NCBI GenBank assembly: GCA_964514975.1
Contig: CAZESS010000002.1
Coordinates: 1-64,000 of the forward strand
Origin: an uncultured Thermoplasmatales archaeon
Lineage (GTDB): Archaea > Thermoplasmatota > E2 > UBA202 > DSCA01
Length of the DNA: 64,000 nucleotides
Direction: 5' to 3'
Under the pieces are notes generated by a model. The model made no database searches, was not told the origin of the DNA, and saw nothing but the letters and a program-made list of their open reading frames with translations. The number at the start of each line of letters is the position of its first letter. The first letter of the stretch is position 1. Positions 1 through 8,941 of the stretch are shown piece by piece. Position numbers and translations under genes: made by a program.

Positions 1-100
1 GAGGTCGAGTGTCTGCTCTGACAGTTTTTCTCTGGCTTCATGCTGTATCATGGCCAGATAACAAACGAAGGCTTAAAAATTTGCCGATGGACGCCGGATG

Positions 101-1174
101 TTACAGCCATTCCTTCCGCCTGAAATAGATGAGCATGGCCACGGCGATGGCGGTCATGGCCAGCCAGACCAGGGGGTAGCTCCACCGCCAGTCCAGCTCG
201 GGCATATACGCAAAGTTCATGCCGTAGATGCCAGCGATGAATGTCAGCGGGATGAAAATGGTGGCGATGATGGTCAGCACCTTCATGACCTCGTTCATCC
301 TGTTGCTCATGCTGGACAGGTAGATGTCCAGCATGCCCGACACCATGTCCCGATAGGTTTCGATGGTGTCGATGACCTGGATGGTATGGTCGTAGACGTC
401 CCTGATGTATATGCCTGTTTTTTTGTCGATGAGGTCCGTCTCTGCTCGTTCCAGCCCGCCGATGACCTCCCGGAGCGGCCAGACAGATTTGCGGAGCAAT
501 ATCAGCTCCCGTTTGAGGCGGTGGATGACGTGCAGGGTCTCCGGCGACGGGTCGGCGATGAGCTCCTCCTCGATGTCCTCCACCCGCCCGCCGATTTTTT
601 CAAGAACAAGGAAATAGTTGTCGACCACGGCATCAACGAGGGCGTAGGCCAGATAGTCGGCGCCCATCCTTCTGATGCGCCCCTTTGCATTTCGTATCCG
701 CTGCCGGATGGGCTCAAAAACGTCTCCCTCTTCCTCCTGAAACGAGATAACCCAGGCGGGGCCCAGCAGGAGGCTGACCTGCTCCGTTTTCAGGTGGTCG
801 GCATCGGAACAATGATAGAACATCTTGAAAATGATGAAAAGATAGCTGTCGAATTCCTCCATCTTCGGTCGCTGCCCGGTGTTGACAATATCCTCGAGCG
901 TCAGGGGATGGACATCGAAATGACGACCGATTTGTTTGGTGACCTCGACCTCGTGGAGCCCGTCGATGTTGACCCAGGTAACCGTCGGCTTTTCCTTGAA
1001 CGGAAAGCAGTCCTCCACATCCTGTACCTCTTTTTCTGTAAGGTTGGCCTCGTCGTAGTCCATGACCGTAATATTAACGGGTCCGCCTGGCTTCTCCCCC
1101 ATGTACCGGAGCGTCCCGGGCGGCAACCCCACGTCGCTGGACGGTACAGCATCAGCGTCTGCCATTACCATCAT
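101..1174 (-). CDS. corA: Magnesium/cobalt transporter CorA
   Basis: GMN motif (YGMNF), MPEL loop, two C-terminal TM helices, HPLTLEDI and QRPK motifs. Confidence 0.95.
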   Translation of the reverse strand: MMVMADADAVPSSDVGLPPGTLRYMGEKPGGPVNITVMDYDEANLTEKEVQDVEDCFPFKEKPTVTWVNIDGLHEVEVTKQIGRHFDVHPLTLEDIVNTGQRPKMEEFDSYLFIIFKMFYHCSDADHLKTEQVSLLLGPAWVISFQEEEGDVFEPIRQRIRNAKGRIRRMGADYLAYALVDAVVDNYFLVLEKIGGRVEDIEEELIADPSPETLHVIHRLKRELILLRKSVWPLREVIGGLERAETDLIDKKTGIYIRDVYDHTIQVIDTIETYRDMVSGMLDIYLSSMSNRMNEVMKVLTIIATIFIPLTFIAGIYGMNFAYMPELDWRWSYPLVWLAMTAIAVAMLIYFRRKEWL

Positions 1175-1244
1175 AATACAATTTCCTAGTTAAACGTTCT
1201 GTCTTTGGCCGGCTCGGATATAAAATAAATGGACATGTTTAAAT

Positions 1245-2246
1245 ATGGATGTCCCGTTGTATCGATGTCTCGGACACGGGATGGGATGGGAACAGATGAG
1301 CCAGGTTATCCAGGTACTGGGCACACTTGCAGAGGACATATTCGCGCCGCTCAATTTCTCGAAGGCGCAGGCCATGGACCTGCTGGAGCTGTTCTCGGCG
1401 CTCCTCGTCGTGGGCATCATCCTGTTCGTCATCTATTACGTCATCAAAAAAATCTCGCTGCGGCGGGCGAAGACCAGACAGCAGATATCCAACGTGGAGA
1501 TGTTCCTCAAACTCGTGAAATATGTGTTCGTCTTTTTCCTCATCCTTGTCTTCGTGGTCATCCAGTATGGCTCGCTGAGCGAGCTCGGGCTGGTGGCCGG
1601 TCTGCTCACCGTGGCACTGGGCTTCGCGCTTCGACAACCGCTCACCAGCATGGTCGCCTGGGCGGTCATCGTCGTCCGCCGCCCCTTTTTCATCGGCGAC
1701 CGCATCAGCATCGGGCAGGTCAAGGGAGACATCACCGACCTGTCGCTCACCTCGATGTTCGTCAAGGAAATCGGCGGAACCATTGACGGCGAAGAACGCT
1801 CCGAGCGCATTGTGGTCATTCCCAACCTCCGATTGTTCGAGGCGGAGATTGTCAACTACACGGCGCAGCACCAGTACATCCTGGACGAGGTCACCGTCGC
1901 CGTGACATATGAGAGCGATCTGGGCAACGCGGAGCGCATCATCGTCAACGCTGTCAACACGGTGCTGGGGCCCTGGCGGGAGTATCTCCCCGACCGCATT
2001 TCCAAGGAGCCACATACTCGCCTCAGGTTCAGGGCGTCCGGCATCGATGTCACCGTCCGGTACTATGTGCCGGCGCGGAAGCGCAACGAGTTTTCGACGG
2101 ATATCACCCGGGAGATTTTTGGCAAGATACGACGGTCGAAGACGGTGGAGGTCGCCTATCCGCATACCGAGGTCGTGTTCCGGAAAAAAGGAAAGGGCAG
2201 TAATGGAGCCACACCTGGCAGAGAAAACGGGATGCGACAGCGGTAG
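1245..2246 (+). CDS. Small-conductance mechanosensitive channel (MscS family); true start may be about 1297
   Basis: Three TM helices, ALGFAL, PFFIGDRI, VIPN, IEVAYP-like motifs. Confidence 0.9.
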   Translation: MDVPLYRCLGHGMGWEQMSQVIQVLGTLAEDIFAPLNFSKAQAMDLLELFSALLVVGIILFVIYYVIKKISLRRAKTRQQISNVEMFLKLVKYVFVFFLILVFVVIQYGSLSELGLVAGLLTVALGFALRQPLTSMVAWAVIVVRRPFFIGDRISIGQVKGDITDLSLTSMFVKEIGGTIDGEERSERIVVIPNLRLFEAEIVNYTAQHQYILDEVTVAVTYESDLGNAERIIVNAVNTVLGPWREYLPDRISKEPHTRLRFRASGIDVTVRYYVPARKRNEFSTDITREIFGKIRRSKTVEVAYPHTEVVFRKKGKGSNGATPGRENGMRQR

Positions 2247-2282
2247 CTCTGCGCCCATGTGCGAGCGGGTTGTGCACCCGGT

Positions 2283-2414
2283 CTATGGGAACTCTGGCGT
2301 TCTCAGCACTGGCCCATATTTCAGTGCCCGGTGCTGCCGGAAGATGGCGCAGCAGGTGGGTGTGCATTCTCTGCTGCAGGCGGCGAATTCACCGGTGACT
2401 GGACACCGTTTCAT
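2283..2414 (-). CDS. Putative 43-aa Cys-rich microprotein
   Basis: MKRCPVTGEFAACSRECTPTCCAIF... preceded by a GAGGGGG RBS-like sequence in an otherwise empty intergenic gap. Confidence 0.4.
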   Translation of the reverse strand: MKRCPVTGEFAACSRECTPTCCAIFRQHRALKYGPVLRTPEFP

Positions 2415-2541
2415 TACAGATTCCCCCTCTGAGACAGCAGGGATGCTGCCTCCATGTTCCATATGCGCAGCGCGTTTAAAAATATTTGCGCCGGGTGACT
2501 CGCTGGATTTAAATATGGCTTTTCTCTTTCGTGTCGAGACC

Positions 2542-2835
2542 ATGAAAATTGCTGATTTGCAGCCTAATAACACGGTGGACGAAATCGTCCTGACCATCAT
2601 AGAGAAAAAGGAGCCGCGAGAGGTGCAGAAACGCTTTGGCGGCACGGCGCGGCTGGCGGAGCTGGTCGGCAGGGACGACAACGGGGACACCGTCCAGGTA
2701 ACCCTGTGGAACGACGAAATCGGCGACATCCAGGAGGACGACGTCGTCAAGATCGTCGATGGATGGGTCAAGAAATGGGACAATGAGCTCCAGGTGTCGA
2801 CCGGTCGGAACGGCAGGATCGAAAAAGTAGCGTAG
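2542..2835 (+). CDS. Single OB-fold ssDNA-binding protein (SSB/RPA-like)
   Basis: MKIADLQP...D.GDTVQVTLWND...DVVKIVDGWVK.W...LQVSTGRNG pattern of archaeal SSB OB folds. Confidence 0.85.
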   Translation: MKIADLQPNNTVDEIVLTIIEKKEPREVQKRFGGTARLAELVGRDDNGDTVQVTLWNDEIGDIQEDDVVKIVDGWVKKWDNELQVSTGRNGRIEKVA

Positions 2836-3156
2836 CTATACCCCGTCCTCTATCTCCTCGAGTATCCCGCGGGACATCAGATATTTACAGAGCCGGCATA
2901 TTTCGTCGTTGACCGGCTTGCCGTCCAGGATGCGCTGCACGGACTTCTCGAACTCGCTGCCCCCCCTGCCGCCGAGGTCTATCTTTCCCCGTTTTCTGGA
3001 GACATACTGTGAGATAGCCGCGTCGGTCAACCCCAGCAGCTCCGCGGTTTTCTTCTGGGTGATATCGTGCTCTTTGACAAGCTTGGTCGCCAGTTCCCGG
3101 CGGATGACGGGGAGAACGTACCAGGTGATGACTTCGCAGGGCACCTTGCCTTTCAT
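2836..3156 (-). CDS. Archaeal HTH transcriptional regulator (COG2522-like)
   Basis: PCE..W.VLP, TQKKTAELLGLTDAAISQY..KRG HTH, C-terminal CxxC. Confidence 0.85.
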   Translation of the reverse strand: MKGKVPCEVITWYVLPVIRRELATKLVKEHDITQKKTAELLGLTDAAISQYVSRKRGKIDLGGRGGSEFEKSVQRILDGKPVNDEICRLCKYLMSRGILEEIEDGV

Positions 3157-3325
3157 GGTGTAACAAATGGTCGTGTCATATTTAGTATTATCCACCTTTC
3201 CATCCCGTGGTAGATACAGATTAGCCGTCTTCATATAAAAGGCTGAGGGTTTTTGAGCGAGGTCGTCCCTCAAAAAATTCCGTAAAAAAGAAGAGAATCC
3301 CATCCGCTTTGGAGAGTGGGAAAAC

Positions 3326-4516
3326 ATGGGATGGGATGAGTTACAAATTGACACGCTCATAAAAACCTGTCGAAAAAAGCTGAACGAGGAGCTTGGCAAC
3401 GATGAACCCCCGTTCCCATTGTTTGAAAACCCGACGGAGCAGCATCCGGTGGAGACCTCGGAGTTCCTGTCGCATCTCCACCTGGGGTTCCTGGACATGC
3501 TTCTCCAGGAGCTGTTCCCCCGGCTGGATCGCATCAAGCCCCGGGTTTACGCTCGGGTGCGGCTGGTGCTGTTCATGAAGCTCCAGGGCATCCGGTACAT
3601 AACCGAGGCCTACCGGGTCCTGCAGACCATGCCCATCGTTGCTGAGAACCTCGGGTTTAATCCCACCCATCTGCCGTCCTATGAGACCATACGGCACTTC
3701 ATCAACGATCTGCTGGCGGACATGATCGATGACATATTCTACCGTGTGGTACGGGAGATAGACCGGTATCTGTCGAAGCAGGGGGAATCGCTTGCGAAAG
3801 CCCGGGAAGATGCCACCGTGATCACCGCCCGGCGTGGCGATGCCACCGCATCGTACAGCGGCTATTACAAGACCTGGGGATGGAAAAAGGACCTGATGGT
3901 ATCCGAGCAGGGCATCTTCCTCTCCTACAGAGACATGGCGATAACCGACGATGAAGGACAAGCACTCCCCTACCATCTCGGAGCATTGCAGGAGCATGGC
4001 ATCCGGCTGGACAGCCTTATCGTGGATGGCGGATATCCCAGCTACAGGAACATCGCCATCGCCCACTGCGGGTATGGAACGACGCTGCTGTATAAGCCCC
4101 AGCAGCACTGGACCTACAACGAGACGGGCAGCTCCATGGCCATACGGGAACGATATGGCCGATACTGGCGAGACAAAAGGCATCGGCCAAACGTGGACAG
4201 CGAGTACATGCTGCAGTTTCTGTACACGAAACGGGAATATGAACGGGTCGGCGCCTGGTTCCGCAACCATCAGGTCCACCGCTATCAGGCGAATGAGCAA
4301 CTCCGAGATGAGATCGCTCAGGGGCGAAACCAGAGCGAGGGCTTCAACTCCTACCTGAAGCAACATGTGGGCTTTGAATGCATGCTCCCCTGGAAAGGAG
4401 CGGAGCACGCGTTCTTGCACACCACGCTGTGCCTGCTATCGGTGAACCTGGTGGCGTTGACCCGGCTGCAGAACGGCGTAACGGACAACCTGACCAGCGT
4501 CGCCTATCTGACATAA
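3326..4516 (+). mobile_element. DDE transposase, IS4/IS5/IS1182 superfamily
   Basis: LGF...PSYETIRHF N-domain; DAT, DGGY and R..SEGFNS.LK catalytic motifs; element ends not resolved. Confidence 0.85.
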
Positions 4517-4811
4517 ATTGAGCGTGTCACCGCAAAAATGGAAAAGCATCGACGCCATTCATTCAGTGTGGGATAGCATCACATCACGGGATATACACCC
4601 AATTTTTACCTGCTTTTTACCCGCGGCTGAACTGCGCGGGTAATTGTTGGCTGCAAACAGCCAAAAAATCGATGCGCCTGCCGCCCTCTTGTTGCATCCC
4701 GCCTGCTGCACAACGAAAAAATACAGACGAAAAACCGGCAAATCTGTAACCACCTCCCGTGTCCCTGATGCGCATTCCAAAATTTTTTATGTAAGAGGCA
4801 TATACTTGCCC

Positions 4812-5693
4812 ATGGACGACATTGGTTCCCTGCCGGCCAAGGAACTGAAGGAAGAACTGGGGAAGGCAGAACAGAGATATCAGCAGCTGCGCGCCCGCAG
4901 GGACGAGTTGAACAAGAAGGCCAGGGTCCTGCGCGAGGAACGAGACCTGCTCAACGAGGAAAAAGGAAAGCTCATCGAGGAGATGAACAAGGCCAGGGAG
5001 ATGCGCGACGAGCTCGTCAAGGAGATGCGCGAGCACAAGCGACGGCGCAACGAGTACCAGGAGCAGGGAAAACAGCTCATCGAGGCGAAGCGGAAACACC
5101 GCAAGCAGCAGGACGACAACATTTTTTTCAACGTGCAGCAGCTCAGGCTCGACATCCGGGAGCTCAAACAGCGGCAGGAAACCGTGCCCATGAGCCCGAA
5201 GGAGGAAGAACAGACCATCAAGCGCATCAAGGAAAAGCAGGAGGAGTACCAAAAGCTGCAGCGGAAGATGGAAAAACAGAAAAAGCTGGAGGTCGACCTC
5301 TCCGACCTGGATGCAGCCATCGACGAACTCTTCAAAAAAGCCGACGAGGAACACGAGATGGTGATCACCTATCACAAGAAAAACCAGGAATACCACGAGA
5401 AATATATCAAGCTGGTCAAGGAGGTCTCGCAGCTCAACAGCGAGTCCGATACCAAGCATCAGAAATATATCGAAACAAGGCAGAAAGCAGACGAGTTCCA
5501 TCAAAAAGCCATGCAGTTGCGCGGCAAGGTCATCGCCATCAAAAAAGAACGGCGGGACCGCTACAAGCAGAAAAAAGACGCCATCAACGAGCAGAACGTC
5601 AAGGCCCGGCAGCTTCTCGAACAGCGGGATGAAGCCATCGACGACGAGATAAAAAAACTCAAGGAACAGGGAAAGATTTCGCTGGGAGTGTAG
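4812..5693 (+). CDS. Archaeal coiled-coil protein (COG1340-like)
   Basis: Continuous K/E/R-rich heptads, KADEFH repeats, C-terminal GKISL. Confidence 0.8.
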   Translation: MDDIGSLPAKELKEELGKAEQRYQQLRARRDELNKKARVLREERDLLNEEKGKLIEEMNKAREMRDELVKEMREHKRRRNEYQEQGKQLIEAKRKHRKQQDDNIFFNVQQLRLDIRELKQRQETVPMSPKEEEQTIKRIKEKQEEYQKLQRKMEKQKKLEVDLSDLDAAIDELFKKADEEHEMVITYHKKNQEYHEKYIKLVKEVSQLNSESDTKHQKYIETRQKADEFHQKAMQLRGKVIAIKKERRDRYKQKKDAINEQNVKARQLLEQRDEAIDDEIKKLKEQGKISLGV

Positions 5694-5697
5694 CGGC

Positions 5698-6975
5698 ATG
5701 CCGGCCATCGTTATCGTCGGGCTCCAGTGGGGAGATGAGGGAAAAGGTAAAATCACCGATTTTTACGGCGAGCGCGCTCATTATGTAGCGCGCTTCCAGG
5801 GCGGCAACAACGCCGGTCACACGGTCATCGTCGGCGATGCAACGTACAAGTTCCATCTGATGCCATCCGGCGTCATACAGGACAGGCCTGTCGTCATCGG
5901 CAACGGCGTCGTGGTCGACCCGACGGTGCTGCTCGAGGAAATCGAGATGCTCAACGACATGGACATCCAGCCCGACCTGCACATCTCCGACCGGGCCCAT
6001 GTCATCATGCCCTACCATCGGCTGCTCGACGGCGCCGAGGAAGCGCTCCTCGGCGGCAAAAAAATCGGGACCACCGGGAGAGGCATCGGGCCATGCTACG
6101 CGGACAAGATAGCCCGCTTCGGCATCCGCATCGGTGACCTCGTCAGCCGGGAGCGGCTGCACCGGCGGCTTGAACGCGTGGTGCCCATCAAGCAGGCCAT
6201 GCTGGACGCCCTGAACGTCGATGAGAACCTGAGCGTCGATGCATTGCTCGAGGAATATGGTCGCTATGGAGAGCGGCTTGCCCCCGATGTAACTGATACC
6301 ACCCGTCTGCTCAACGATGCGCTCGACGAGCAGAAAACCGTGCTCTACGAGGGGGCGCAGGGCTGCATGCTGGACATCGACTTTGGCACCTATCCGTTTA
6401 CGACGTCGTCGCATCCCGTCGCCGGGGGCGCCTGCACCGGCAGCGGCGTCGGCCCGCGGCGCATCGACCGTGTCATCGGCATCCTGAAGGCATATACCAC
6501 ACGGGTCGGCAAGGGGCCGCTTCCCACCGAGCTGCACGACGACATCGGCGGTCATCTCGTTGAAAAGGGCCATGAGTATGGCACGACGACCGGACGGCGA
6601 CGGCGGTGCGGCTGGCTTGACCTGGTTGCTGCACGGTATGCATGCAGGGTCAACGGCGTCGACGAGATAGCGCTCACCAAGCTCGACGTGCTGGACGGTC
6701 TGGACGTGGTTCGACTGTGTACCGCCTATCGATGTGACGACAAAACCATGAAGGATTTTCCCGCATCACTTGACCTGCTGGCCGACTGCACCCCGGTGTA
6801 CACCGACATGGCGGGCTGGGATGAAACCGCCGGCGTGACAAGGTATGACAGGCTGCCGTCGGAGGCGCAGCGATATGTGGCGGCGGTATCGGAGTATCTT
6901 GGTGTGCCGGTAAGCATGGTGTCGACGGGGCCGGCGCGGCATGAAACCATCATGCTGGAGCGGGAGCCATCGTAG
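5698..6975 (+). CDS. purA: Adenylosuccinate synthetase
   Basis: QWGDEGKGK, GGNNAGHT, IGTTGRGIGP, EGAQG, GTTTGRRRRCGW. Confidence 0.98.
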   Translation: MPAIVIVGLQWGDEGKGKITDFYGERAHYVARFQGGNNAGHTVIVGDATYKFHLMPSGVIQDRPVVIGNGVVVDPTVLLEEIEMLNDMDIQPDLHISDRAHVIMPYHRLLDGAEEALLGGKKIGTTGRGIGPCYADKIARFGIRIGDLVSRERLHRRLERVVPIKQAMLDALNVDENLSVDALLEEYGRYGERLAPDVTDTTRLLNDALDEQKTVLYEGAQGCMLDIDFGTYPFTTSSHPVAGGACTGSGVGPRRIDRVIGILKAYTTRVGKGPLPTELHDDIGGHLVEKGHEYGTTTGRRRRCGWLDLVAARYACRVNGVDEIALTKLDVLDGLDVVRLCTAYRCDDKTMKDFPASLDLLADCTPVYTDMAGWDETAGVTRYDRLPSEAQRYVAAVSEYLGVPVSMVSTGPARHETIMLEREPS

Positions 6976-6988
6976 CGTTTAGTAGCGT

Positions 6989-7627
6989 TTATTTGTCCAG
7001 ATGGCGTTCGAACGCCCGGAGGTCCGGGACCACGTGGTCTCCGGCGGCGCTGCCATCGCGGTCGAGATAGAAGGTGGTGATGCCGACCTCGCGGGGGGCG
7101 AGATAGTCAAACGGGTAGCTGTCACCGACGTGGACGACGTCATCCGGCTCGGCGTTGAGGCGGCGGCAGATTTCCCGGTAGACATCGGGATGTTTTTTTG
7201 TCCTGCCGAAGTCCGACACCGCTGAAAAGATATGGGCAAAGCGGTCGGTGAACCCGAGCGCCCGTGTTTCGATGTCGATGAACTCCCGCGCTGCATTGGA
7301 CGTGATGATGAGCGTGTAGCTGTCATGTAGCCTACGGACAACGTCGGATACCTCTGGATATGGCCGGAGGAGGTTGATATGCCGGCTGAGCAGGTTTTGC
7401 CAGCTGACGTCGAGGTCGAGAACGTCGAGCCAGTAGGTGATGTCGTACCATTCGAGCGCCTCCTGGCCGACCTGTTCATATTTATCGATGATATCGTCCT
7501 TTGCCTCCTGCAAAGGGATGTCGTTCTGCTCTGCATACATGCGGGGGATGGCCTCGAGCCAGACATGGTTGACGTATGCAGTGTCCGCGAGGGTGCCGTC
7601 GAGGTCGAAGGAGACAATCCGGGTCAT
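6989..7627 (-). CDS. HAD-superfamily hydrolase
   Basis: FDLDGTL motif I, TSN motif II, K..P, HVGDS...D motif IV. Confidence 0.9.
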   Translation of the reverse strand: MTRIVSFDLDGTLADTAYVNHVWLEAIPRMYAEQNDIPLQEAKDDIIDKYEQVGQEALEWYDITYWLDVLDLDVSWQNLLSRHINLLRPYPEVSDVVRRLHDSYTLIITSNAAREFIDIETRALGFTDRFAHIFSAVSDFGRTKKHPDVYREICRRLNAEPDDVVHVGDSYPFDYLAPREVGITTFYLDRDGSAAGDHVVPDLRAFERHLDK

Positions 7628-7628
7628 G

Positions 7629-8603
7629 TTATCGGTTTGCGAGATACAGCGTTCCCTTCCAGGTGATGACGGTGACCGTGTCGCCGATTTCCATGCCCTC
7701 GGGTACCGTGAGCACAACCGTGTCATATGTCTCGGGGTGGAGCACCTGTATCTCCCCGGCCTGATGGGACAGCACAACGGCTTCCTGTGGCTCCGTGTCG
7801 ATGACCGTGGCATCTTTCATTTCGTCATCGTAGACGGGACGGCGCTGCCCGGTGTGCAGGTCGAGCAGCCCGACGCGTTTCCCGGTGTCCATGACCTGGT
7901 AGAGGGTGTCGTCGAGCTCCACGTAGCTGCCTTGTTGATAGGCGGGGATGCGGACGATGATGGTGTCGCGGTAGACGTCCTGCCCGTCCTTGCGGCCGAC
8001 GAGCGACGAGGAAATGTCCATCGTGCCGTTGAACGCCTGCTTCACGGTTTTTGCCGCCAGGGAGGCGCTTCCCCGGTCGCCGATGTAGTAGTCGATGCCT
8101 GTCGGGTGCTCGACCCGTTTTGAGACATAGGTGTCCCGTTCCTCTATCACCCGGCGGGCGACGATGTCATCGGCTATGTTTTTTTCCTCCTGGGTGATGT
8201 CGCCACCGTTTTTTCTGACCTGCAAAATCGCTTCGAAGTAGCCGCCCTTGAGCCGGGCGCACTGCTGGCACATTTCCTTGTGCATGCGGACATCGACCGT
8301 TGTGGTCTCGGTGACTGCTTCCTCTCTAAAGGTGCCCTGGCAGGTCACCCGGTTGTTGTCGCGGTGGACGCTGGCCCCGGTGACGGGTGCCTCCCGCGCC
8401 TTTGCCTCTAGGAATGCCTGGAGCAGTTGCTCGGGTGGCTCATGCTGCCATCCCGTGTCTATTTTGCATCTGTTGCAGACGGGGCAAATGGTGACATCCA
8501 CGATGCCGGGCAGGTCGAACAGCCGATGTTTTTTGATGTAGCAACGGCTGCACAGGCCGTCAATGGTGTCCGACACCTTTTTTCCGCATTCCACACAAAA
8601 CAT
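7629..8603 (-). CDS. nmd3: NMD3 family protein
   Basis: Four CxxC pairs, GGYFEAILQVR, LVGRKDG..VYR. Confidence 0.9.
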   Translation of the reverse strand: MFCVECGKKVSDTIDGLCSRCYIKKHRLFDLPGIVDVTICPVCNRCKIDTGWQHEPPEQLLQAFLEAKAREAPVTGASVHRDNNRVTCQGTFREEAVTETTTVDVRMHKEMCQQCARLKGGYFEAILQVRKNGGDITQEEKNIADDIVARRVIEERDTYVSKRVEHPTGIDYYIGDRGSASLAAKTVKQAFNGTMDISSSLVGRKDGQDVYRDTIIVRIPAYQQGSYVELDDTLYQVMDTGKRVGLLDLHTGQRRPVYDDEMKDATVIDTEPQEAVVLSHQAGEIQVLHPETYDTVVLTVPEGMEIGDTVTVITWKGTLYLANR

Positions 8604-8605
8604 GG

Positions 8606-8941
8606 TCAGAGCATGAGTACGAACTGTGCGTGCGGAACGGAGGCTATGTTTAAAACGTTTTCCCCGTCTATCAGCCCGAGTTGTTTGCCGCATGCGACGC
8701 AGCGCTCGCCGACGAGGTTTGCCGTGCTCGCCGCCCGGAGATGGCGTTCAAGCAGCGCTCTGTCGCCGCGGACGCCGTCATAAAAGGCCGGGGAGACCTC
8801 GAAGGTCAGCTCGTCGTCCTCGAGCGTCCTGCCGAGCAGCTCGCTGTCGCAGGCCGCTACCAGGGTATGATACCCCTGCGTGTACACCTTGATGCAGATG
8901 TTATTCGTTGGTGAGTCTGTATTTTCCTTGTCGTGGTTCAT
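8606..8941 (-). CDS. DUF424 family protein (start uncertain)
   Basis: LVAACDSELLG, FYDG, ANLVGERCV, VPHAQ; usual position between mcm and nmd3. Confidence 0.85.
   Translation of the reverse strand: MNHDKENTDSPTNNICIKVYTQGYHTLVAACDSELLGRTLEDDELTFEVSPAFYDGVRGDRALLERHLRAASTANLVGERCVACGKQLGLIDGENVLNIASVPHAQFVLML

Noticed and set aside
98-1189. Long antisense and alternate-frame ORFs (for example 98-1189+, 3341-4420-, 32474-33757-, 43118-44566-, 58420-59619+)
   Set aside because: Shadows of well-supported genes in GC-rich DNA; no recognisable motifs
1909-2541. N-terminal extension of the SSB ORF (308 aa)
   Set aside because: It overlaps the MscS gene and an AT-rich promoter-like tract; the OB fold starts at ATG 2542
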